A stretch of DNA of 64,000 nucleotides from Histomonas meleagridis 2922-C6/04-290x. Lineage: Eukaryota > Protista > Parabasalia. Each line of letters begins with the position of its first letter. The first letter of the stretch is position 1. Under the pieces are notes generated by a model that did not search any database, was not told the DNA's origin, and saw nothing but the letters and a program-made list of their open reading frames with translations. The position numbers and the translations under genes were made by a program. The stretch spans positions 1 to 64,000 of the forward strand of contig JAANOX010000061.1 in assembly GCA_020184695.1 (NCBI GenBank). The letters run 5' to 3'. Positions 50,008 to 59,228 of this stretch are shown one piece after another.

Positions 50008-50868
50008 ATGAGCTCTTCTGCAAGTTTTCAACAATTTGATGAAGGGCACAAAAAGGCACGTGACACATCTAAAACAGTGTTAATCGTTATTAACGTTATT
50101 TTCCTATTTATTATTATCGGACTTGTTGTTTCTCTTTTCCTAGTTTTATCAAAAACAAATCATCCCAATTCTTGGCAGTTATTATGGGAACGAAACAAAA
50201 GGTGCTGCATCACTTCAATTCAAAAATGATATATTATATTCGAAGTACTATACGATGAACGATTATTACAACATGAAATCAGAGAACGGGCTGCACATTC
50301 TTAATCATTTCAGGACTTATCAGCAAACTTCTTCATATACCTGTGGTTGTGGCTGTATAATAATGGCGCTTGATTATCTCACACACCAAAATTCTACATT
50401 AAACGAGTCATATTGTGCAGAAATTGCTGACATTGGCACCGACATCCACAACAACTCATACGGAAAGCTTGGAGCTCCGCCTCAAAGCATTGAGAATGCT
50501 TTAATAACTCTTGGCTATGAGACGATATCAAATCGAAATGTTGGAGAAATGCCTTTCAACGATGAATTGTCGTTTAAGAATTGGGCGATTCAGATGATTG
50601 ACCAAGGATATCCAATCATTGTTCACCACATGGACTGGGGCGGTCACTATCTTGTTATCATTGGAATTGATACAATGGAAACAGAAAGAACAAAAGATGA
50701 CATTGTAATTGTCGCGGACCCTTCTGATTCAACTGACCATCGGCAAGATGGATATAACATATGGGGATTGGAGAATTTTATAGTTTATGGGGAGTTCCTT
50801 CCTATAATTACCCAGGTATTGATATGAGATATGAGTTTATTGTTGTGAAAAGAAAGAAAACAAATTGA
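50008..50868 (+). pseudogene. membrane-anchored C39-like (papain-fold) peptidase with two 1-nt frameshifts
   Basis: N-terminal TM; QQTSSYTCG (Cys), WGGHY (His), ADP (Asp). Removing one A at ~50151 and adding one base at ~50774 gives a continuous ORF ending LE(R)FYSLW..KRKKTN*. Confidence 0.7.
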
Positions 50869-51443
50869 GCAAAAACACATGTTAGTAAATAAAAAGTTTG
50901 ATATAAGTCAAGTTATAGGAAAACTGATGTTTCTTCATTAATTTTCATCTACAAATTATTTTTTGATCTTTTGTTGTGATTTATTTCATTTGAAACTTGT
51001 AGAACTTCTTTGGACTTTAAGAACTTTAATAACAAATTATTAAAAAAGCATATAGTATTACTGAAATCCCAATTAGTATTTAATGTTTGACATGAACATT
51101 TCTTCTTGAACTTGACAAGAGTTTTTTAATTCCCATTATAATGAAATTTTACCATAAAAATATTTAGATTTTTCTTTCGTTCATACTTTGAAATAAACTC
51201 GAAAAGCTTAACATAAAATTCTTTATTTAGCATTGGTTTTTTCCAATCCTGATGCAGAAATTGTCATTTGTCATATCAGATTATATAAGTTTAAAAACAT
51301 ATATAATAAATGGGCCAAAATATTTTTAATGACTTTAATTAAACATAAACAAAAATTATTTTAAATTTTTATAATTTATTAATTTATTAATCAGATAAAA
51401 TAAACCTAAAATAAATTGATTATTGAGAATCCAATTCATCAAT

Positions 51444-52622
51444 TTATCCAATTATATATTTACTATAAGGGATATACGAAATAATTTTAATTACAATATA
51501 AGTACAAATGAATGTACATATTGCAATTGCAGGTACGCATATCACACAATGCTTTAAATTTGGGTCGAACAACATATGGAATCCATCCAACACCAAAATA
51601 TGTGCCAAGTACATTCCATATGATTTCAGTGCTATATCCTGAAATATCTTAACAACTATTTTATTATTACATTGGATTTTCCTTAACAAAAGAAACAAAC
51701 CAAAAGTCATGCAAACAACATTAATTGTATCATAGTTCCAACTTAATTCCAATTCTACGGCGTTTTTAGTGCCAATAGACAACAAATATTCGAAAATAAT
51801 TGTCGTAGCTACATAGCCAACAATAACAAATATTGCTCCAAGCCAATACAAATCATATTGGCCAAGATGGAGCTTAACGAATGAGCCTAAAACGGCATAT
51901 CCAACATGCCCTGTAAATGGAAGTAGACTTGGAGTGTTATTCCATGATGCTTCGCCCCAAATATTTGGAAACTTTAAGTGAATATATGGAATAAAACCTG
52001 TAATAGCCCAAAATATTAAATAATATATAAATTGCCCTTTGGTTGCAATTTTAATCCATGGTGAAATAATTGGCGCAAATAAATAAATGGCTAATAACAT
52101 ATAGATATACCATAAGTGACCAACTTCAGTACCAAAATTAACAAGAATTTTAGGTATGGATAAAAATGCGTCTTTCAATGTTATCCGTCCACGAAAATAA
52201 AAATAAAATGCATAGACAATACACCAAAAGACAAATGGATATAAAACACGTGTTAATCGAGTTTTTAAAAAGGTAGGTATGTCGGTTTTAATAGGATACA
52301 ATAAATATCCTGAAATCATTACAAACAATGGTACACACGTTCGTAAAAGTGAGTTATAAAGTCCAACATATATTGGATCATCTCCTTCTCGAACAGTTAA
52401 ATCAGGGCGAATATAATAATATTCACCTGAATGTATTTGCATAACCATGTAGCAAGAAATAACGCGAATGAGATCAATTCCAAAATATCGTGGTCTTTGT
52501 GTTTGCTGATCTTGATTCGTTGAATCAATTTGAAGACTAGAAAGATTAGAATTTAATTCAATATTTGTATATGCTTGGTTTTTTTCATGATCGCCCAAAA
52601 GATTCTGATTGTCTGTGGACAT
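51444..52622 (-). CDS. acyltransferase family 3 (OafA-like) polytopic membrane protein
   Basis: GIDLIRVIS..MQIH, VPLFVMISGYLL, HLWYIYML, SYGMYLAH; about 10 hydrophobic segments. Confidence 0.9.
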   Translation of the reverse strand: MSTDNQNLLGDHEKNQAYTNIELNSNLSSLQIDSTNQDQQTQRPRYFGIDLIRVISCYMVMQIHSGEYYYIRPDLTVREGDDPIYVGLYNSLLRTCVPLFVMISGYLLYPIKTDIPTFLKTRLTRVLYPFVFWCIVYAFYFYFRGRITLKDAFLSIPKILVNFGTEVGHLWYIYMLLAIYLFAPIISPWIKIATKGQFIYYLIFWAITGFIPYIHLKFPNIWGEASWNNTPSLLPFTGHVGYAVLGSFVKLHLGQYDLYWLGAIFVIVGYVATTIIFEYLLSIGTKNAVELELSWNYDTINVVCMTFGLFLLLRKIQCNNKIVVKIFQDIALKSYGMYLAHILVLDGFHMLFDPNLKHCVICVPAIAICTFICTYIVIKIISYIPYSKYIIG

Positions 52623-53517
52623 AAAGACCTCACTTTCTGTATCGGTTATTTGGCAAATTATGTAAAGTTTTAAAAATATCAGAGATCTTTTCTCATGCTT
52701 GCTTAATTCATTTCATAATAAAACCTATTATTCTTACGCAGGCTGAATATAATTTCAATATATTCTCTTGATATAAAATTTAATTTTGATTTTCCAAATA
52801 TATTTCCATTTGGATTTTTCAAAATATAATCATTTAACAAATGTAATTTGAAAACATTATTCTACCTAAGTATTTGGAAAAGTATTTTTCTTTTCACTTT
52901 CAACAAAATCTAATATATTCATGAAATATCAACACAAAGAACACTACAATATCCTGACCAATTATATATTCAAATTCCTTTTCAAATGAGCCTTCTTTCT
53001 CGAGCATTAGAATGTGCCAAAAAATCTTTGGTATCAAAAACTGCTTTTATGCTTTTTCTTAAAGATAAGGAGAAGGTGATAAAAGATCATGGATATGAGT
53101 TTATTTTTCATTATTTTGACAAATCTGTTTAGAAAGAAAATAAGCCTATTGAAACGCATACTGTAAGGTATATCTTAGACAAGTGCAGAACTACTCAAGT
53201 TAAACGTGTAGCATATGTTTAAAATTGAGAATATCTTTCTTTTGCTTTTTGAAAAAACAATGCATTTTTTCCATTATAACCTAAATTTTTTAATTTTTTC
53301 CTGATATATTTTATCACTTGTGTTTCATGTAAAGTGTTTATCATTTGGATGAAATTTAGACGTATACGTATAGCTCATGAGCTTACAACATTTGGATAAT
53401 CTTTGAGATTTTGAAGTTTTATCTGAGCAAATACAAATTATAATATATTTATTTAAAAAATAGAAAAAAAAAAAATTCGTTCAAATTGATTATTTAAAAT
53501 TGACTATGTTAAATTTC

Positions 53518-54783
53518 TTAGCAAAGGTGAACCTTTTGGCAAACGTTAAGGGATGAGAGTCCGTTTCCGAGCCATTTGATGATGCTTGGGAGTGCGCTTC
53601 CGACGAGTTGCTTGCAAACGCCTTGGAGGAGGGCTGGAACCTTGCTGCAGAGGTTAGCAGCTAACTTAGCGATTTGTGATGTAACCTTTGTGTTCTTCAT
53701 GATGGAAACGATTCCATTAATGACTGTCTTGCAGACTGAGCAAACAGAAGCGTTGTCGATACCTTCTGGGATTTCGATGTAGATGAGATCATCATCGTCT
53801 TCTTCTTCGACATCGAAGTCGAGTTCTTCGATATCGTTACCCTTGCAGTAGCCGAGCTTGGAGCAGATCTTGGATTGTGAAAGCTTCTGGCTGAGCCAGT
53901 TCATGATTGGGCAGACGGAAACCTTGACGATTGTCTTGCAGAGAGCAGCGCCAACACCACCGCTGATTAAACCGCATGCAGCTGTAGCAGCAGCCTTAAC
54001 GATAACAACTTGGACAACGCTGTTACGCATGGCATCTGAGACGAAGCCGACAGCCTTCTTGCAGATAGCGCAGTTGTCTGCGTTAGAAAGGCCTAATGGA
54101 AGTTCGATTTCAGTAACAAAGTCATCATCGTCCATTTCAAGATAAAGTTCGAGATATGCATCATCGCAATCAACATCATTGCCGCTGCATGACTTGAGCT
54201 TGTTACAGATTGTGGAAGCACCAACCTTTTGACCGAGCCATGTCATGATCTTGCCGAGATACTTGGAGACGAGTTTATCGCAGAAGTTACGACCGATCTT
54301 TGGAAGTTTTTGGCAAAGCTTTTGTGCGGCTTCTGTAGCCTTGGATTGGACAGATGAGCTGGAAAGAACCTTGGCAACTGCGTTAACAAGGTGCTTGCAG
54401 ATGGAGCAGGCGATTCCGTTTTCAAGACCTTCTGGGATTTCGATGTATTCGATTTCGTCATCTTCTTCTTCATCGTTGGACTTGCAAACGTTGATTCTGC
54501 TGCAGACATTAGCCTTAGAAAGACCTTTTGAGAGGTATGATAAGATTGTTGGGAGCTTGTTAACAATGTTCTTGCAAAGTGTGTTGCCAGAGCCAGAGAA
54601 TTTACCGCAAAGACCAAGAGCTAATTGTTTGATGACTGATTGAACTGGTGAAGCACCGATGAATCCAGCAATTCCACCAACAACTGTCTTGCAGATTGAG
54701 CAAGCATCAGCATTAGAAAGACCTTCTGGGATTTCGACTGCGTCAATGTAAGATAATGTATTGATCAAGAGAAGAGCAAACAT
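53518..54783 (-). CDS. prosaposin-like polyprotein with four saposin-B (SAPLIP) domains
   Basis: Four CxxC...C...C...C..C six-cysteine domains, acidic linkers, short hydrophobic N-terminus, strongly C/G-ending codon usage. Confidence 0.9.
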   Translation of the reverse strand: MFALLLINTLSYIDAVEIPEGLSNADACSICKTVVGGIAGFIGASPVQSVIKQLALGLCGKFSGSGNTLCKNIVNKLPTILSYLSKGLSKANVCSRINVCKSNDEEEDDEIEYIEIPEGLENGIACSICKHLVNAVAKVLSSSSVQSKATEAAQKLCQKLPKIGRNFCDKLVSKYLGKIMTWLGQKVGASTICNKLKSCSGNDVDCDDAYLELYLEMDDDDFVTEIELPLGLSNADNCAICKKAVGFVSDAMRNSVVQVVIVKAAATAACGLISGGVGAALCKTIVKVSVCPIMNWLSQKLSQSKICSKLGYCKGNDIEELDFDVEEEDDDDLIYIEIPEGIDNASVCSVCKTVINGIVSIMKNTKVTSQIAKLAANLCSKVPALLQGVCKQLVGSALPSIIKWLGNGLSSLNVCQKVHLC

Positions 54784-55649
54784 TTTTATGACTTAGAAGT
54801 CAAACTGACAAGTGCTGCATTCAATATTTGGCATTTGACATTTAAACCAACTTAAACCAATTAATTGGTTGTTATCAAATTTTAAACGGTTCAAAAAAAC
54901 TACTCAAATTTTGAATGTTTTTGAATCGGTCTTTTGTTGTAAACTTAATGAAATTACAATGGTTTATTTGTGTTAAAAATTCACTGAAAATATATTAAAT
55001 ATAACATATATTCCACCATCAATTTTTAGGCTTTTTCTTACGAGAAGTAATTTTACGATTTCTATATAACCTCTTTTTGCTTCTTATGTGAGTGCTGTTC
55101 TACCTATCAAATTATAAATGAACGAAATAATATAAACAAACTTCAGAAGTTAAGAGAAAAATATCAGTTACATTAATATCAATAGAACAATTATTATATT
55201 TATAAAAAAAATATTTAACAAGTTCATGATCACCAAAAATGCATGATTGATATTCAATATCTTTTGGCATTTGTTTTGATCCTTATCTCATTCATTCTTT
55301 ATGAAAATTGTTTTTAATATATTTTATTTTCCTCTTGTGATGCAGAATGCAAATAAAAAATAGGATATTAAAATACAAAGTTATTTCTTTAATTTTATTT
55401 CTACAAAAAAAAATCAATAATATTTGGCTTAGTTAATATAAATTTCACTTGATATTGTTATTCAATTAGTTACAAAAAGTACTTTAATAGCGAATTATTC
55501 AATAAAAATAATCAAATTACAAATTTCTTTACTTTCATATAAATAATGAACGCGAATTTTAATATTGAAATAATTATCAAATAATGAAACAAAAAATTTT
55601 ATAAAAATGTTCAAATATAAATTTTATTTTCTCATCAAAATAAATATCA

Positions 55650-57533
55650 TCAAATGATCAATGCGTTCACTTTCATTCTTTCTCCGAATCCCGATTTCGA
55701 CACAGATTTTATCAGCATTGACAGTATCATTGGCACGTTATTCTGTGGGTCGTTTGCTACGTTTCTATAGTTCTCTCTAACAGTTTCATCCTTATCATCT
55801 TTCAGCTTATTCAGACATCCTCTAATTGTTCCGTCATCGAAGTCCATAGCCAATTGATTAAACGCGTCGATCAAAGTCATTCTCACTATTGGCTCATTAT
55901 CATCCATCAATTTCGTTAAGTAATTTATCACTGTTTTATCCTTAGAGAACCCGAGCACGTAAACAGCTGCAGCTCTAATGTCTGATCTTTCATCATTTAG
56001 CAAAGGCAAAAACCTTTTATAGAATGAAGGAACTCCTAAAAGCCTTCCAGCTTTCATTAATATTTGTCCTAATAACATTGCCGAATAAGGTGCGCAATCT
56101 ATTGCATGTTCGATACATAAAGTAATTAATCGATTTGTCGATGGTATGAATTGATTAGTGATAGCACAACATAACGCTAATATTCCACATTTAATAATCT
56201 CCGAATTATCCGAGTTGATAAAGTTCAATGAAGTTTGTTGATTAAATTGTTGCGACATTCCTTTCGCAACAATTTTCGCTAAGATTAATAATGAATAATT
56301 CGACGGCTTCGACATCTCGATGATTGTCATAGCTATACCACTTCGTGATGCTGATATTAATATGTTTTCATCTGAATCTAAATAATCAAATAATACTTTA
56401 GCTGCTTCTTGACTAAACTTTTGCATTTTTAACAAAAATGAAAACAATGGAAAATATCCGGAATTAGGAAACTTACGAAATGATTCAATAAATAACTTAA
56501 AGATCATTTCGCCTGCTTCTTCTTCTGGTAGCGTGATAGCAAAATCAACAGCAATGTCCCAGAAGTCCCATAATGGATGTGACGCCATTGGTTTTAATGC
56601 GGGTATTGACACCGGATGTAAGTTAAAGGATAACATTACACGTTGCGCTAAGATGAATCCGCGTGTTAATAATGCAATACTTGGATCTTTAACAAATAAT
56701 TCAACATTGGTTTGTGTTTGTGTATCAAATAATATCGACTCAAGTATAGAAGCAAACATTTTTTCTAATAATGTCATAAGAGATTTGTCAGGCGCACGTG
56801 GCTCATTATAGATCGAGTTATGTTGGCGCATATGAAAGGAAAGAGCAGTCTCAAATGGAGATAATAAACATGACGAAAATAAATCCATTGGACAATCGGT
56901 GGAAAGTGGTAAATATTCTGACGATGAACATGCCATGAATGCAAAAATGTTTGGGCGCGTAGATAAATGTGGAGCTAAGACTGCTGCAAATGGACAATCT
57001 AAGATAAAACATAATGGACATGAACATGTATTAATTATGTTTTGGATTTTGATCGGCTTATAACGCGAACGATTCTCTGAAAAGAAAAATAAATAGCCAT
57101 CGGATGTGGGTGGATGACAACCATGTCCATAATAATGAAGAATAACATTTTGTGGTGGTAATGATGAAGCATGTTTTTTAAGTAGTTCTATGACTGTTTC
57201 AACAGATGGATCAACAGTAATTTCACAAGGGCAATAAACATAACGGGAATATTGATTTTTTAAAGCTTGTTTTGATGATGGTGAATAAAAAGATGGATCA
57301 AAGGTAAGTAATGGATGACCGCATATAGTGCGTGGCTTACGAACAAGTCGACGAATAGAAGGAGTTCTTAGACCATCAAACAAACAAAGAAAACATATGG
57401 CATATTTGGTTTTTTGACTCATTCCTGCTTGAGTTTGTGGATTAGCACGTGAATGCGTTACCTGAGAAGCTCGTACAGAACGCCTAATTGGAGGATTTTG
57501 TTGGAAACATCTCGTTAAAGGGTTTGCATTCAT
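55650..57533 (-). CDS. truncated Raptor-like protein (RNC + HEAT, no WD40), 627 aa
   Basis: KTKYAICFLCL, VILHYYGHG, ILDCPFAA, DLFSSCLLSP, RGFILAQR, HPLWDFWD; C-terminal HEAT repeats (DIRAAAVYVLG, EPIVRMTL). Confidence 0.8.
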   Translation of the reverse strand: MNANPLTRCFQQNPPIRRSVRASQVTHSRANPQTQAGMSQKTKYAICFLCLFDGLRTPSIRRLVRKPRTICGHPLLTFDPSFYSPSSKQALKNQYSRYVYCPCEITVDPSVETVIELLKKHASSLPPQNVILHYYGHGCHPPTSDGYLFFFSENRSRYKPIKIQNIINTCSCPLCFILDCPFAAVLAPHLSTRPNIFAFMACSSSEYLPLSTDCPMDLFSSCLLSPFETALSFHMRQHNSIYNEPRAPDKSLMTLLEKMFASILESILFDTQTQTNVELFVKDPSIALLTRGFILAQRVMLSFNLHPVSIPALKPMASHPLWDFWDIAVDFAITLPEEEAGEMIFKLFIESFRKFPNSGYFPLFSFLLKMQKFSQEAAKVLFDYLDSDENILISASRSGIAMTIIEMSKPSNYSLLILAKIVAKGMSQQFNQQTSLNFINSDNSEIIKCGILALCCAITNQFIPSTNRLITLCIEHAIDCAPYSAMLLGQILMKAGRLLGVPSFYKRFLPLLNDERSDIRAAAVYVLGFSKDKTVINYLTKLMDDNEPIVRMTLIDAFNQLAMDFDDGTIRGCLNKLKDDKDETVRENYRNVANDPQNNVPMILSMLIKSVSKSGFGERMKVNALII

Positions 57534-57572
57534 TGATTATTGAATGCCCAGATTTCCATATATTCAAATTAA

Positions 57573-58109
57573 ATGAAAATTTTTTATCGGCGCGATTTGG
57601 AAAATGGGGAAGGTCAAATAACGATACGTTTAAGAATGCAGAAACAGAAATGGAAAGAGTTTTTTAATTACGTAATTAGCTTTTGCTTATTTGGTTACGC
57701 TATTTATTGGATGTATATTTGTTGTGGTGAACATTGGAGAAAAGCAGTTGGTGTTCAAAATTTAATCTTTTTGTTATTCTTTGCTTTGTTCTGTTTTATA
57801 TCAATTTTACTTAGGCTCAATAACTCAACATTTGCTTCAAATTTTTTCTCAGTTATTTCATTGATACCTGGATTGATTATTTGTTATTTGAATCGAGCTT
57901 CAAGATATCCAGATATTGAACAAATGATTTTAACATATAATTCTGAACATCCTGATGATCCTGTATCTAATGGATATAATGCTATTTATTCATATTCATT
58001 TCTTCAATATGATTATATCATCAGTCACAGTTCATCTTCTTCAATAATTTTGTTTGTGCTTCAAGTTTTATGGATTATAATCCTTGTTCTACAAATTTCA
58101 TCAAAGTAA
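57573..58109 (+). CDS. hypothetical multi-pass membrane protein, 178 aa
   Basis: Four hydrophobic segments; start codon uncertain. Confidence 0.6.
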   Translation: MKIFYRRDLENGEGQITIRLRMQKQKWKEFFNYVISFCLFGYAIYWMYICCGEHWRKAVGVQNLIFLLFFALFCFISILLRLNNSTFASNFFSVISLIPGLIICYLNRASRYPDIEQMILTYNSEHPDDPVSNGYNAIYSYSFLQYDYIISHSSSSSIILFVLQVLWIIILVLQISSK

Positions 58110-58245
58110 TATATTGTGAATAAAATATTTTGTTTTAATATATTAATCAAAAAATTGTTTTGACAACTTGCAAAAGCAAAACAAAATTAGTTTTTGTGGA
58201 TTTGTATATTAAAAATTTAATGATTATTTTGAAAAAATCTGACGT

Positions 58246-58818
58246 TTACTCATCTATTTGGGGAACCATCGAAGAAATGATAAAGCTTTGGCGGCGTATT
58301 GTGTCATCTGGTGATTCTTTGGCAAAACCAGAATCAATCGCATTTTGAATAATTTCATTCACACTACTTACTAAATTCTTCATTTTATCCTCAGGGACAG
58401 AAAGGTCCTGCGAATCTAAGCATGATTCTGTTAATGTAAATAAACTATTTTGTATTTGTTCAATAATTTTCAAAGTAGCTATTCCTGTTGGTCCATCGGC
58501 AACTTGCGCTTGATGATCTGCATCACCTATTGCTTTATCAATGATTGAATTTATGTTTTTAGCTTTTGCAGATGAAATTAATAAATCATGCTTTTGTTTC
58601 TCAATCATTTCCTTTATCTCCTTTCTTCTTTGTTCAACTTCAATCAGTTCTTTACTTGTTTTTACCACTTCCAAAAGAATTTCCCTTTGTTTATCAATCA
58701 GTGCATCCTGAATTTGAGAAAGCTGTTTTAGCCTGGAATTTTCCATATTTACCTGCTTTTCTTTTTCTTTGAGGGCTAATATCATATTATTTATTTCGTT
58801 CATTTGTTTTTTTTCCAT
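58246..58818 (-). CDS. coiled-coil hypothetical protein, 190 aa
   Basis: ATG ORF with heptad N-terminal half. Confidence 0.7.
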   Translation of the reverse strand: MEKKQMNEINNMILALKEKEKQVNMENSRLKQLSQIQDALIDKQREILLEVVKTSKELIEVEQRRKEIKEMIEKQKHDLLISSAKAKNINSIIDKAIGDADHQAQVADGPTGIATLKIIEQIQNSLFTLTESCLDSQDLSVPEDKMKNLVSSVNEIIQNAIDSGFAKESPDDTIRRQSFIISSMVPQIDE

Positions 58819-58937
58819 CCCGAAATTTAACGGCTAAATTAAGATAAAAATGATCGTCTTCGGAGTGGTCCAGATGAAGTGAGAACAAACATTTTTTTGT
58901 AAAAGAAGAGAATTTTCCCAACAACAACTCTTTATAA

Positions 58938-58963
58938 AGAGAGGCATGGAGCCATGCCTTTCT
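58938..58963. other. 12-bp-stem inverted repeat AGAGAGGCATGG-AG-CCATGCCTTTCT
   Basis: 11/12 Watson-Crick pairs plus one G-T, in AT-rich intergenic DNA. Confidence 0.6.
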
Positions 58964-59228
58964 AAAAGGTATTATATATATTTTTTACTTCTAAACATGA
59001 TGTTTAAAATATTTGAAAGAAATTTTTTGAAAATAACTTTATTGAAATAAATCAAGAAATTTATACTTCAAATCCCTATTTTTTACATTATAGAAATTTA
59101 AACTTCCAAAATTTCAAAGGAATGAAATTTACAATTTATTTTTTATAGATATTAAAAAACTTAAAATGCATAAATAAAAATCATTTATATCAATTTTTCT
59201 CATCACCAAAACCCTTAAAGTTTAGCGA

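Noticed and set aside
53576-54643. Several antisense or alternate-frame ORFs over the saposin gene
   Set aside because: An expected by-product of strong codon bias.
57534-57572. 39-bp bidirectional promoter
   Set aside because: Both start codons are uncertain and downstream ATGs exist, so the true spacing may be larger.
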